DNA from: a virus
Reading direction: 5' to 3' (one strand)
IMG/VR virus record: IMGVR_UViG_3300037483_001148
Coordinates: 36,046-100,045 of that record
DNA: 64,000 nucleotides
Within the stretch, counting starts at the first letter, position 1. Each line of letters begins with the position of its first letter. The position numbers and the translations under genes were made by a program. This document shows positions 42,585 through 54,100 of the stretch, one piece after another. A model generated the notes under the pieces. It worked only from the letters and a program-made list of their open reading frames with translations. It did not search any database and was not told the DNA's origin.

Positions 42585-45169
42585 GCTCTTACTCCATAAA
42601 GACTAAACGATGATCCAGTCTCAAAATTTGTGGCTACCTCAGCTAACAATAAAATACTTGTTATGGCAGCCGTATTTCTCCACACTCCGCCACGACTTTG
42701 CACGAAGCTTGTGGTGGTCGTACCATCAGAATAGTTAAATCCAAACTGTGTAGTAACACTTTTCCATAGAGCATCCCTATAACGAGGAATCGTGATCCAC
42801 ACTGGGCTAAAAGCATTTGCTGTAGAATTTGCCGCATCAATAATTGCTGTTGCCAATCCCGATGCAGCCATATTAGAGCCAGACGTGACGGTTCCGTCTG
42901 CTCTGCCATTAAGAAATACAAATGAGTATCCGGTTGACGAGCCGTTAAACCGGAGCATAACTGCATCATTTGTCGATGCTCTTGTCGATCTCGCTTTTCC
43001 AATTACCACTAAGTGTCCGTAAGTGCTAGGGATGCTACTAAACGTGACAGTACCATCACTGCCCAGAGTATTTGTAGCAATAAGTTCCATTGCTACATCT
43101 GCCACTAGTGGAAACGCCGCTGCGTGCAATCCGTCTAGCAAATCTGCATTAAGGTTTGCTATCAACGTAGTGCTGGTTATGCCCAAAGCAGCAGTACCAG
43201 TTGCTACGTTGGAGATTAGACGCGATGCAGTAATGTTTTTCCCCGTTCCGGTTAAATGACCACTTGCGTCCGTAGCCCAAGCTGCCGCTCCGCCGTCACT
43301 CTCCCATAGTTTGCTAACCGCAGCCTTGTCTAATCCAGACACTACTGATGATCCTACAAAAACAATATTGCCAGAGGCATTAATGTACCATCCTGAAACC
43401 GTGCCGGAAACAATACTAATACCGCCACCAAGCAACCTACAGCCGCTTAATTTTACAGTTGCTCCTGCGTCATCAATTCTAATGTCCGCTGTCGTGCCAT
43501 TGATAACAACTTCTGGCCCTATCTCCACTGTTGCCGCGCCAACAATCTGCAACCCGTACATGGTTGTGCCAGACGATACGGTTATTCTTGTGGCATTTCT
43601 AATAATAACTGTTCCCCCCATCAAGTACAGCCCATAAGCAACAGTTGGCGTACCGGATGTCTTGTCAACAAGACATCCGTCTATGATAGCTGATGACGTA
43701 CACAAAACCCCGCCCACTAGAACACCACCAGCCGTATGATTAAATGTAAGATTTTTGAGTGTAACACCACCAGCATCTATATAAGCTGCCGGGCTTGAGC
43801 TAGAACTTTCAATGATGGTTTGCTCTGGATTAAGGCTCACAACAGAACCAGCTATATCTACAGTTAAGGCGGCATGCGTTCCCTGGCCTACCTTTATAAT
43901 ATCGCCGCTAGCCATGACATTTGCAGCGTCTTGTAAGGTAGCATATTCAGTTGCGTTTATTCCAGCTTTTCCAGCATTGGGCCAGCCTAAACGATCCAAA
44001 TCTTCCCATACTGCCCCATTGTATCGTCTCAGCCCAGGTAAGCCTGTAAGGGTATTAGTGCCGTCATCCATGTAAACATCTTCTGCTATTGCTACTGATG
44101 GTGGGGTGCTTCTTGCTGTAAGTCGTAAAGGGGCAAACGACGCATTGTCCTCGGCAACAAGACTGCCTTTAATATATACTTGCCCATCCGAACCGATATA
44201 TTGTCCGATGAACGTTCCTCCTAGTGTAGCGCCATCGAATGCCCCCCCGCCTCCAAGCACAGGAAGCACAAGCAGTACCGTAGCTCCGCTACCGGCATAA
44301 ACAATTCCATCGTTAGTACCACCAATAATAACTACTGTAGTAGCTGCGGCAGTAGTTATAACACCAGCCCCGCCAGCATTGACATTTGTAAGTGTTGCTG
44401 CTGTTGGAATAAATGCACCACTACCTGCAATTGTCAGATTACTAACATGACATGACGATACTTGTAACTGAGTCGAGATACTTATAAAGCATGTACCTGG
44501 GCCAGAACCGATAATGCTAACACCCCCCGGTATTGCCAAATCTCCTATACTATGAGTACCCTCACCCAAACGTATTAAGTCCCCGGAAACTGCTACTGCT
44601 GATGCTGCTGCAAGTGTATCATATTCAACGTCACCAATGTTTACCTTTCCTGGCTTGGGCCACACATTACCTCCCCCACTCTCGACAGCATCGAATAACG
44701 CAAATCTAGCATCTGTTATATCTGTTTCAAAAAGTTGGGTAGCGTTGTGGCGTAACCTGACCAAAAAAGATGGATGGAACGATGTTGGCAACGATCCGGG
44801 TAAATGAGGATAAGTAATAGCACTAAATATTTCTTCTGAGCCAGTATACCCCTCAATCTGTTCTGTAGCAGTATTAAACCCAACTACCAACAGACGAACC
44901 TTATTTGTTCCAGTTGCCAGATAGGGGGTTGTGTTGAATGTAGTTTCCCCCACCACGTGAAATTCACTATTTTTAATGTAGTAGAATGGGGATATTTTTA
45001 TTAAAACAGTCCCAGGAATAACTATCCCCCGCATAAGTGAAAACATTCTTGGATGGACAGTCAAGGCATCTGAAGGTGGAACAGCGTTACGCCATTCATG
45101 CGATTTTGCATGATCTGGCATAAAAATATTGAAAATCTTATCTCCACACTTATAACTTATTTGAGTCAT
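42581..45169 (-). CDS. tail fibre/tailspike with two beta-helix modules
   Basis: Gly/Ala/Thr/Ser-rich; duplicated WP..GK..I...EY.TL..A....SGD.I..G.GTH; NLNADLLDGLHA motif. Confidence 0.8.
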   Translation of the reverse strand: MTQISYKCGDKIFNIFMPDHAKSHEWRNAVPPSDALTVHPRMFSLMRGIVIPGTVLIKISPFYYIKNSEFHVVGETTFNTTPYLATGTNKVRLLVVGFNTATEQIEGYTGSEEIFSAITYPHLPGSLPTSFHPSFLVRLRHNATQLFETDITDARFALFDAVESGGGNVWPKPGKVNIGDVEYDTLAAASAVAVSGDLIRLGEGTHSIGDLAIPGGVSIIGSGPGTCFISISTQLQVSSCHVSNLTIAGSGAFIPTAATLTNVNAGGAGVITTAAATTVVIIGGTNDGIVYAGSGATVLLVLPVLGGGGAFDGATLGGTFIGQYIGSDGQVYIKGSLVAEDNASFAPLRLTARSTPPSVAIAEDVYMDDGTNTLTGLPGLRRYNGAVWEDLDRLGWPNAGKAGINATEYATLQDAANVMASGDIIKVGQGTHAALTVDIAGSVVSLNPEQTIIESSSSSPAAYIDAGGVTLKNLTFNHTAGGVLVGGVLCTSSAIIDGCLVDKTSGTPTVAYGLYLMGGTVIIRNATRITVSSGTTMYGLQIVGAATVEIGPEVVINGTTADIRIDDAGATVKLSGCRLLGGGISIVSGTVSGWYINASGNIVFVGSSVVSGLDKAAVSKLWESDGGAAAWATDASGHLTGTGKNITASRLISNVATGTAALGITSTTLIANLNADLLDGLHAAAFPLVADVAMELIATNTLGSDGTVTFSSIPSTYGHLVVIGKARSTRASTNDAVMLRFNGSSTGYSFVFLNGRADGTVTSGSNMAASGLATAIIDAANSTANAFSPVWITIPRYRDALWKSVTTQFGFNYSDGTTTTSFVQSRGGVWRNTAAITSILLLAEVATNFETGSSFSLYGVRA

Positions 45170-46767
45170 CGTTTGGAAATCCTTTTGAGGGTTGTCATGT
45201 ATTTTTCAAAGCTTGATTTATTTTCGGCGGGAATAAGCTTGCATGTACCGGAATCAAGACTTATTTCTACTGCTGCCAACATAAAAGAATAGAACCCACT
45301 TCTTTTATCCTCAAATAGTTTAGTTTCAGCGGCTCTTAGAGTTGGAATCTGAATAATACCCCCACTAACTATTTCTTCAATAGGAACTATTCCTCCACTG
45401 GGTAATTGGATGTAGTCTCCCACTGAAAAATCAGTAGTAATCTTTGGCTGTTTGTTCTCGTTCAATGCCAATTGCAAGGCTTGTTCAGCTTGTGGTTGGG
45501 AAATATCTGAGTCAAATTCAATGACATTCTTTTTATAAAGCCCACCCAGTGTTTCAATTTCCGAAGTAGCATTGAAAATGTTACTTCTAGTTTCCTGACC
45601 ATAAGTGTTAGTAAACTTGCCATATACCTTTTGAAACGATTCTACTAAATCTCCTGTAACAGATATTTCATCAGCATTGTTTATTTTATATCTTACATTA
45701 AACAAATCCTGTACTTCAAGAAACATGCGGTTCGTATCGTCACAAAGCACCCCCCATGCAATTGGGTCAAGGGTTGTGTCGCCATACTGACAAACCTCAT
45801 TCATAATCTCGTTGAGAGGTTCATCCGCGTCAAAAGCTGCTTGAGGTAATTCATAGCCAATAGATTCTATGTAAGAAGTATCACTATTAAAACCAAAATA
45901 AGTGGTCATATGAGCAGCTACAACCAAAGCAACTGTTTTAGCTTCAATGATTGGATCAGCCGACATTATTAAAATATCATAAAGTCGGAAATATATTGTG
46001 CCATCTTCGGCTGTGTTTAATCCGGCTGTAGTTACCTCAAAACGGATTTCGACAAAATTCCCACTTGAGACACTATCCAAATCTACATCAATTGTGCCGT
46101 TGCCTGAAACAACAAATTGCTGTAGTACATTTTCAGAAGCATCTAAAATCTTAATTCGACCCGGCCAGTTATTGAGTAAACTTATTTTGTATGTTCCTCT
46201 GAGTCGTTTGGCTGTTTCTCCAAATTCAAATCTATAGCGGATGTAATAATAATCCTCTGCATTGAAATCTACTCCGCGACGAGGAACTATTTCAATACCA
46301 TCATAGGAAATTTCCTCTTCCTCCGGCGCACCCTCATTAACTATCTCAGTCCAATTCAAAGAATGGTCAAACTTATCAGGTCTATAACTGCCTCTTGAGG
46401 TACAGGCAGTTAGCCAGCGATTTACACGAGCATCAGATAAAATGAAGTTAAGAATGTCAAACGATAGTAACGTAGCCTTGCCTACAGCGTATACGTTAAA
46501 TGAATCACTGTTTTGTTCTTCAATTTTAGTTATAACCCCATTAAATAAAAAAACTTTCAAACCTTTAGTTAGCCTGATTTCATATCCAAATCCAATGTCA
46601 TTGTAATCTACCCCATACTTGCGCCGTAAACTAAAACTAAGAAACCCAAAACCAGAGCCTTCATCACTATAATGATTACTAAATGTAATATCACTAGCAT
46701 CTACAATATCGTGCTGCTGACTTAAAATGTCTATGCTGGTTAAAGTAATATTGTTAGTTAAACCCAT
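45166..46767 (-). CDS. minor tail / baseplate hub (Tal-like) protein
   Basis: Position; GFGFLSFSL...LFNGVITKIE pattern. Confidence 0.6.
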   Translation of the reverse strand: MGLTNNITLTSIDILSQQHDIVDASDITFSNHYSDEGSGFGFLSFSLRRKYGVDYNDIGFGYEIRLTKGLKVFLFNGVITKIEEQNSDSFNVYAVGKATLLSFDILNFILSDARVNRWLTACTSRGSYRPDKFDHSLNWTEIVNEGAPEEEEISYDGIEIVPRRGVDFNAEDYYYIRYRFEFGETAKRLRGTYKISLLNNWPGRIKILDASENVLQQFVVSGNGTIDVDLDSVSSGNFVEIRFEVTTAGLNTAEDGTIYFRLYDILIMSADPIIEAKTVALVVAAHMTTYFGFNSDTSYIESIGYELPQAAFDADEPLNEIMNEVCQYGDTTLDPIAWGVLCDDTNRMFLEVQDLFNVRYKINNADEISVTGDLVESFQKVYGKFTNTYGQETRSNIFNATSEIETLGGLYKKNVIEFDSDISQPQAEQALQLALNENKQPKITTDFSVGDYIQLPSGGIVPIEEIVSGGIIQIPTLRAAETKLFEDKRSGFYSFMLAAVEISLDSGTCKLIPAENKSSFEKYMTTLKRISKR

Positions 46768-48167
46768 TCTAATGCCACCACATTACAAACTGTATTTTTA
46801 TAATAAGTAGCGGCGTAAGTAGCGCCATACGTTTGCCTGTAAGTTTCGGTTTCATCGAGGCAATAGCTCAGATCATGGGTCAAATCGGTGAAATTGAATG
46901 TACTGCCGTTGTAAGAACCTTTAACAACGTGAGGGAAATTACCCACATGTGTACCAAAAACGACATCGGTAAAATCATAATCCGCGTAGGTTATAATGAA
47001 TCCATCTGACCATACACCATAAAGTTGGTAAGAACCAACTTCAATAACCTTGCTTTGGGTAAAAACATTTTCACCCCAATAAAATCTAGCAGTTTCTCCG
47101 TTTATATCAGGAAACGGTTCACTTCGACCATAAATACCACTTGTTGATCCCCCCACAAACCCAAAAATAAAGCCACCGCCATCAGTCATTCTAATAACGT
47201 GGGTTATGGCACTTGTGCCTACTGCTTCAGGAGTACCCCATGTTCCTCCACTTAGTAGTACAAAATCACCATCTAAATCCCCCGGTTGTTCGGTAAAACC
47301 AATTGAATAGGCAGGAAATATTTCTGTGCCACCTTGATTATGATTTCCTGGTGTTGATATTGTCCCACCTAATGAATTGGTATATTTCCAAACTCCCGCA
47401 TTAGCAAACCAAATAAAAATATCAACTAAACTTAAAACATCCCCTTCACGATGTAGCCATGCGTCGGCTGGTGTCCATTCATCTTCCCCACTATCATAAA
47501 ACGTGCTGTGAGTTATATTAAGCGAGGTAGGATTCCATTGAAACCACCGATAACCTTGTCGTGGTTCATCCCCTCCTATCTTAAAGGCATCATCCGAAAA
47601 AATCAGTTTATCTGTTGGAGTAACATTGTAACTAAGACGATTCTTAGATACAGCAAAATCATCATTGATTTGAGGGGGGGTATCTGAAACTGATGCTGTA
47701 GCCCACAATGTTCCATTTGAACTATAGAAAGCCCAGTCAAAAAGAAATGAACTTTGATTGCTTGCTGCCAATACTAGATAAGATGAAGTTGCTAGCAAAA
47801 CAAATCGACCACTCGGATTAGTAAATGTTTCAATTTCTGTCCAGGATGTGCCTGAGCCGTTGTATTTGAATATTCTCAAATCATCGGTGGCATCCTCTGT
47901 AAATACTACAGCATATAAACTACCATTAAACCATTGAATACATGAACCAGATAATCCCCCAGGAAATGAAGCTCCTAAAAGAGGGGTTGTTCCAGTCCAT
48001 GAACTGGTGTTAGAAATCTGAGTAACCGTATCTTCACTGGTATCATACTTAAATACATTGTACTCTAACTCACCACCATACTGAACAAAAAATAAGTCAT
48101 TCCCATTGGATGCGACTGATAGTAAGTCAAAATTGGATAATGTTTGAAGCTCCGACCAAGTCGCCAT
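46758..48167 (-). CDS. beta-propeller-like minor tail protein
   Basis: Aromatic/Gly/Ser/Thr repeats (FKYNGSGTSW, YSSNGTLW). Confidence 0.55.
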   Translation of the reverse strand: MATWSELQTLSNFDLLSVASNGNDLFFVQYGGELEYNVFKYDTSEDTVTQISNTSSWTGTTPLLGASFPGGLSGSCIQWFNGSLYAVVFTEDATDDLRIFKYNGSGTSWTEIETFTNPSGRFVLLATSSYLVLAASNQSSFLFDWAFYSSNGTLWATASVSDTPPQINDDFAVSKNRLSYNVTPTDKLIFSDDAFKIGGDEPRQGYRWFQWNPTSLNITHSTFYDSGEDEWTPADAWLHREGDVLSLVDIFIWFANAGVWKYTNSLGGTISTPGNHNQGGTEIFPAYSIGFTEQPGDLDGDFVLLSGGTWGTPEAVGTSAITHVIRMTDGGGFIFGFVGGSTSGIYGRSEPFPDINGETARFYWGENVFTQSKVIEVGSYQLYGVWSDGFIITYADYDFTDVVFGTHVGNFPHVVKGSYNGSTFNFTDLTHDLSYCLDETETYRQTYGATYAATYYKNTVCNVVALEWV

Positions 48168-49258
48168 TATCGTTTATTCCTGACTGATTCCACTTTCCTT
48201 GAACCACCGTTTTCCAGGCTGACTTTCATTGAGCCACACCAGTCATCTCCCCAACTTTGTTCTACTGCTACCCAATTTAAGCCTTCATCAACAGTTTTCA
48301 TGATATGGGTTAAACCTAATGATTGGGGATTGCTTGCTCTGCCATAAAACCAGACAGTGTTTGTGTCTACCTGAGAAATAGGTGAGAGGGTTTCAAAATA
48401 ATTTGCTGCTTCCCATTCTGAAGCGGCTCCCATACTATATTCGGCTGAAATAGTTGGAGTAGGATCGTTGTTTATCTTTAGCACCCGTAATAAATTATCC
48501 CCCCAGGTGGATACCCATATTAAGTTTCCACCATTACCGTTGGTACACATCCAGATAGGTTTTCTTTGAGTTACACCATTATAAGTAGTTAGTTCTGTCC
48601 ATGCCCAATTGACCCCATCATCCTGAGTTCGGACTAAAAAAGTCCGTTTCTGGACAAATTCTTCAGCCAATATATAGAATGTATTTTGCCTGAAGGGATC
48701 AGATATAATTTGCTTAAAATTGATTTGGCTTATACTTACTCCGGTGGGGGGAGTAGGAGTTTTTATATTCCATGAACTACGACCCGCGTTTTCACTACGC
48801 AAAACAGTAGCCAAACTGGTTCGCCATAAAATAATATTATCCTCTGACAGAGTTTTTTTCCTGTACCACCATAAGTCTTTGCACCCGTGAGATAGCCTGG
48901 TATCCGATAAACCTGTGTTTCGATTTTCCCAGTTTGAGCTATCAGGGGGCAAATAAAATACTCCATTTATGGCATCAAACTCAAATAATCCCCCAAACAC
49001 CACATTACCGGCAAAATCTCCTAAAGATGTGTCTCCCCCTTCATCTACACCACAATTAGCTAAAGTCGGATCAGGAGTGAATGTTTCGATGTCTACACAT
49101 TCACAATCTTCAAAATAGTTATCAGGATAGACACTTGAACCAGGAGAAGTAATAACATCCGTATATCCTCCACTTGTTCCTACAGTGGAGGATAATTTTG
49201 TTCTGAGGCACTTTAGTTCTTCTTGAACTAACTGCCAATCCCTATTGGTAATCTCCAT
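48167..49258 (-). CDS. BNR/Asp-box repeat minor tail protein
   Basis: RSENAGRSSW, RTQDDGVNW, KTVDEGLNW. Confidence 0.7.
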   Translation of the reverse strand: MEITNRDWQLVQEELKCLRTKLSSTVGTSGGYTDVITSPGSSVYPDNYFEDCECVDIETFTPDPTLANCGVDEGGDTSLGDFAGNVVFGGLFEFDAINGVFYLPPDSSNWENRNTGLSDTRLSHGCKDLWWYRKKTLSEDNIILWRTSLATVLRSENAGRSSWNIKTPTPPTGVSISQINFKQIISDPFRQNTFYILAEEFVQKRTFLVRTQDDGVNWAWTELTTYNGVTQRKPIWMCTNGNGGNLIWVSTWGDNLLRVLKINNDPTPTISAEYSMGAASEWEAANYFETLSPISQVDTNTVWFYGRASNPQSLGLTHIMKTVDEGLNWVAVEQSWGDDWCGSMKVSLENGGSRKVESVRNKR

Positions 49259-49263
49259 TAGCT

Positions 49264-51177
49264 TTAGTCTCTAAATGGGTAAGTAGTACGATAGATGATA
49301 TTAGTTTCCACCTCTACCTGATCTGTTGGCAAATGGGTTCCATTAAGTCTTTCAAATAAAACATATAACCGGGTATCTTTGGTAGCCAGTAAAGACAACG
49401 TGCCATAAACACTGTTTGCGTATCTTGTAATAGCATCACTATCATTCAAAACTAAGGATTTGCGAATATAGTCTAACCCTGTTTCTAAAAGTAATGATTC
49501 CCCATAAGTAGCCCCGACGTTTCTGCCGGTATCTATATCTACTTGCATTATTGACTCATCACTGTACATGATCTGTACAAAATCAACGTCTAGTGTAGCT
49601 GAACCGGAGGGAAGCATAAACTCAATTGCCAATTGAAGGGGGGTAGTAAAATCGGAACTGAGAGCAATAGGGGGGAAGTTAAATTCCCCGGCGTACAAAA
49701 TATGCCATATATTTGCAAGTTCAGGTGAGTATTGGTTTCTTGAAACCCACACGGCTGTGCTATTCAAATAAACTGCCAATCTACATTTGAAAGAAGTAGA
49801 TGAGGCTCGAATGACAGGTAAAATTGTAATCAGACCTTCATACTGGGTGTTAGACGGTAAATCAAATACAATTCTATTCCAATCCGCATCGGAAGCAGAT
49901 AGTCTCTGATAACCACCACCACTTCGAGCCGCATCAACCTGAATCCCCCATGAACCAACTAATTCGGCTGCATCCTCAGCTTCAAATGAAGATACTAATG
50001 TTCCTAGTGTAGAGTACAAAGAGCTTCGACTGCATATGTAGAACTTATTTAGAGTTTGTCCAGCTACAAGATTAGTTAGTTTGGTTTGGAGCAAAGCTGG
50101 AACATCACCCCTAATATCTAATAAATCCAAATGGTTATTTACACTGTTGCTCAAAGTGGTTTGAGACGGAGTTATAGCCTGGAATATTCGGCTATGCCCA
50201 AAAGGATGGGTCATAAGTTCTACATCGAAGATCATAGCATGAATATTATGCTCTCTTTTTATGTCATCCCACCTGTTTAGTTTTTTACTTGAAACCTTTG
50301 GAATGATTGACATTTCATAGGTAAAGTAGGTGGTAGTGGTTGCTTCATCCGGCAGATATTCCAATAAACCACCTTTGGGGTTAGTTATAGTATTAGCCAG
50401 TTTTTCACTATTCCGAAGCATTTCATCCCTGGTTGTGCCAAAAACAATACATTGAAATTCTACCGGGGTTAGCTTTTCTTTAACATTGATAGCTTTGCCA
50501 CCATACCGGGTATCACTATATAGAACATCTCTTCGCTCAGATTCGTTAAAATTCAACGTGTCTAGTAGAACATAAAATCCGGTCAAAGAAGATCGAAAAG
50601 ATGTTCCAAATTGAATATCTGTTGGAGTTGAGTAAACGATGGTTAAAACAGCAGGAAAACCAGAGTCTTGCGACCCTAGAAATCTTGAACTTGTTCCGCT
50701 ATTGTTGAGTACAATCAATTGAAGTGTGTTCAGACCATTAAACTCATCAACTAATTCTTGAACTACATTTACCAATGAAGGGCTTTCCACAAACTGGTTT
50801 GTAGTCCATGTTCCCGGTGTCCACGCTGTAAAGTTTGTAGAAAGGGTACGACCCGTTAAATCGGTATAGGACGACGGCGCAACAGGTGCATTAGATTTTT
50901 CACCATGAATTTTTATATTCAAATCACTGCTAGAATCACCTCCGCTATAAAACCCAACTGAAGCAGATAAAATTGTAACTCCGGCAGGAACATTTATATT
51001 TGGAAATCTAAACCATGAAGTAACACTATTACCACCTGTAATACCAACTGTTACTGCACCAGTTGTGGAAAAGGAAGGGGTTGAAAAACCAAAACCATCA
51101 TCTCCTGAAGCATTTACTGTTGATTCCATAGTGGCAGCATCAACTATATTCGGTAGAAGTTTGAACGTAGTCGTCAT
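49264..51177 (-). CDS. distal tail-like protein with carbohydrate-binding-like domains
   Basis: Directly after tape measure; N-terminal WFRFPNINVPAGVTILSA module; FEAEDA. Confidence 0.65.
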   Translation of the reverse strand: MTTTFKLLPNIVDAATMESTVNASGDDGFGFSTPSFSTTGAVTVGITGGNSVTSWFRFPNINVPAGVTILSASVGFYSGGDSSSDLNIKIHGEKSNAPVAPSSYTDLTGRTLSTNFTAWTPGTWTTNQFVESPSLVNVVQELVDEFNGLNTLQLIVLNNSGTSSRFLGSQDSGFPAVLTIVYSTPTDIQFGTSFRSSLTGFYVLLDTLNFNESERRDVLYSDTRYGGKAINVKEKLTPVEFQCIVFGTTRDEMLRNSEKLANTITNPKGGLLEYLPDEATTTTYFTYEMSIIPKVSSKKLNRWDDIKREHNIHAMIFDVELMTHPFGHSRIFQAITPSQTTLSNSVNNHLDLLDIRGDVPALLQTKLTNLVAGQTLNKFYICSRSSLYSTLGTLVSSFEAEDAAELVGSWGIQVDAARSGGGYQRLSASDADWNRIVFDLPSNTQYEGLITILPVIRASSTSFKCRLAVYLNSTAVWVSRNQYSPELANIWHILYAGEFNFPPIALSSDFTTPLQLAIEFMLPSGSATLDVDFVQIMYSDESIMQVDIDTGRNVGATYGESLLLETGLDYIRKSLVLNDSDAITRYANSVYGTLSLLATKDTRLYVLFERLNGTHLPTDQVEVETNIIYRTTYPFRD

Positions 51178-54100
51178 ACGATTTGCGCCCTCATTTCACT
51201 TGCCATAACCATTCGTTCTATTTGTTCCAGAATGGTTGCTGCATCCCTAGCATTTTTAACATTGGGAAAAGCATTAGCGAAAGCACCAGCTTGAAACAAA
51301 TAAGATTTTTGGCTTGATGTTGAACTTCTAATATCTGTCGATTGGGAGGATAATCTTTCTTTGAAAGCGTTTACTATTGAAGCTGGCAATGCCATTTCTT
51401 GTTTTAAGCTTTTAATACTTGCAGTTGGATTAGCTAAGTATCCTCGAATAGCCTCTGCCATCTTAGCAGGTATAACCATTTCATCTTTATGAAGTTTAGC
51501 CGTATGCGCTCTCATGATTCGTGGTGTACCCATAGCATAACTGGCATTAACCTTACCGTATGTAGAAATCGTCCCTTTCTCTTTAAGTAGTTTGAAGAAC
51601 CGCTTCCAACTGGCAGCAATACCACCCTGTTCAGCAATGCTCGGTCCATCACTTCCTTTACCATAATTACCAAATCCGCTGCCAAGTGGTTCACTCAGAC
51701 GTGAATGAGACATAGCTTCCTGTATGCTTTTCTGAGTTTCCCCGATTGTTTTGATCGTATCCATTGAAGCTTGACTTATTGAATCATGCGCCTGATTAAC
51801 TGTTTGTACCATCGTATCAGTCTGAGTTTTGATATTAGTAGTCATATTTTGCCAGATGGTTGAAAGACTGGTAGCTGTAGCCTGAACCAAACTAACAATT
51901 GAACCAAGTTGAGGATTCAAAGCTCCAATAGCTATCATTAAGGGTGTTACTAAATATTCTGTCCAGTTAGGTAAAACAGACAATGGTCCTTTTTCAGCCG
52001 GGGAGTGAGGCCAGTATGAAGAAACTGTAGCAGCAATATCACTGACAGTTTGTTCAAGTCCTTCTGTAGCGGATTCCATGCCAGTTTTTATACTATCAAC
52101 CATACCTGAGCCAGCTTCAATTAGTTCCTCTTTAATCGAAGTGAACATATCTGCAATTTTGCCGCCCAAGTCTAATTCTTCTAATTTTTCTGGTAAATAC
52201 TCAAAAACTGAAACAATAGCGTCAACTGTTTCAGGTACAATGGAGTTTCCTACTAACGTATCATACAGCCACCTAAAACCACTTACAATGGGTGATAAAA
52301 TGAATAACCAGTCCGTATTCATTATACCATCACGGAAGAAACCAATAAGTTGTTGAACCGTTTCATTCCCAAGTGGGTTTAGACTATCGGAGAGTCCTTT
52401 ACCAATTCCATTAGCTATTCTTTGTCCGATTTCCCCAAATCTATCCCCAGTAAAAGCTGAAATAAATCCTGATATAGCTGATCCTGCTATAGTATTAAAC
52501 GCTCTGTAAAACGTGGCAGTAGAACTTACAATGGAAGTAGCAAATTCATTAACTACTACGTTAGCTCCAACGTCTAATCCAAGTGCAGCTTTGATACCAT
52601 CTATCAAAGCTTGCCCGACTGTTTTACCAACTTCGTTAAAGCTGGATTTTCCTTCCCCTTGTGACCAACTTAGAAACCCCTCACTAATTCGATTAAAGAA
52701 ATCAGACATGTCAGATAATGGACCACCTTCAGCAGTTAAATCAGCCCATAACCCACCGGCCCATTTCATCAGATTTTCTCTAACGTTGCCTAATCCACCA
52801 CTTTCTTCCCCAAATATAGCAGTAGATATTTCCTCCCAAATGCCATCAAAAGCGTCATGAAAAGTGTTGGTAAACTCCTCCCAGGTAGATGTACCGAGTG
52901 AACTAAACTCACTCAGAATATCATCCATCATCTTTTGTAGTTCACCACCTACCCCATCAGCAAATGAGGCAAGAATATCTTGTGGTTGATCAACCGGAAT
53001 ATCAGTTAATTTCTTTAGCTCATCTTGCAAAGACCTTAACTTTTCTATTTCTTTGTCAACTGGAAAGCCAAGATCAAGAAGTTGGTCGATATAGCCTTCC
53101 TGAAGTTTTACCAGAGCTTCCCGATATTCTTTCTCTGTGATTAGCCCCTTTTGATATTTGATTTCCAGAATTTGTCGTTCTTTGGCTATTTGTTCATTAA
53201 GAGCCTTTAATTGCTCTTGTTCCTCGACTTCCTTGATTCGTTTTTCCAGGTTCTTTGCGTTTTCAATTAAGGCTTTTGCTCCTGCTTCATCCCCCTGAGC
53301 TAAAAGTTTTTCCGCTTCGGATTTGTTAAGATCGGCTAATTGACTAAGATACTCTGCCTCAGTTATTAAACCAATTTTCTTTTTCTTTTCAAGAAATTCT
53401 CTATCCTGCTTAAATATCTCAGCATCGACTTTTTTAGCTTGTTCAACTTGGTCTTTAGCTGCTCCTTTATCCCCGGCTTGTAAAAACACATCGGCATATT
53501 GGCGGCGTAAAGAAGCAACTCCATCAAGATATTCTTTTTCAGTGATTAGGCCGATTTCTTTTCGCTTCTTAAGCAGAGTTAATTCATCATTCATCCGCTT
53601 CTTGGGGTCATCTGTACTACCATCACTAGTTGTTCCACTCGAAGAAGAAGCCTGGTTAATTTGCTCTTGTAATTTTAATTCCTCTTCCTTCAGTTGTACA
53701 GCAGCTTGAGCCGCATCTAACTTATCTTGTAGCTCTTTGGGAATAAACCCGGCTTTTTCAGCATCAGCATATTCTTTAGATACTTGTTTTAACTCTAACG
53801 TTAATCGCACATATTCGGTTAAAGCGGTATTACCAGAGCCTATTTGCTTAGTTAGTTTTCCCCACAATTCCTCATTTATTTGACCTGTTTTGTTAATTCC
53901 ACCTATGATCTCTAATACATTTTGTCGGATAGCCTTGAATTTATCTAATCCAAGACTACCCAATGCAGTTTGAATAGATGAGGTAATGGGAGTAAGAAAG
54001 TCCATATCAGCCGACTTAAATCCACTGGTGAATACCTCAACTAGTCCTTTACCCCATTTATCTATAGTTGACAATGGTCCTTGTTCTGGTGGAGAACCCG

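Noticed and set aside
42581-45169. Diversity-generating retroelement target in the tail fibre
   Set aside because: No reverse transcriptase and no near-identical template repeat seen in the window.
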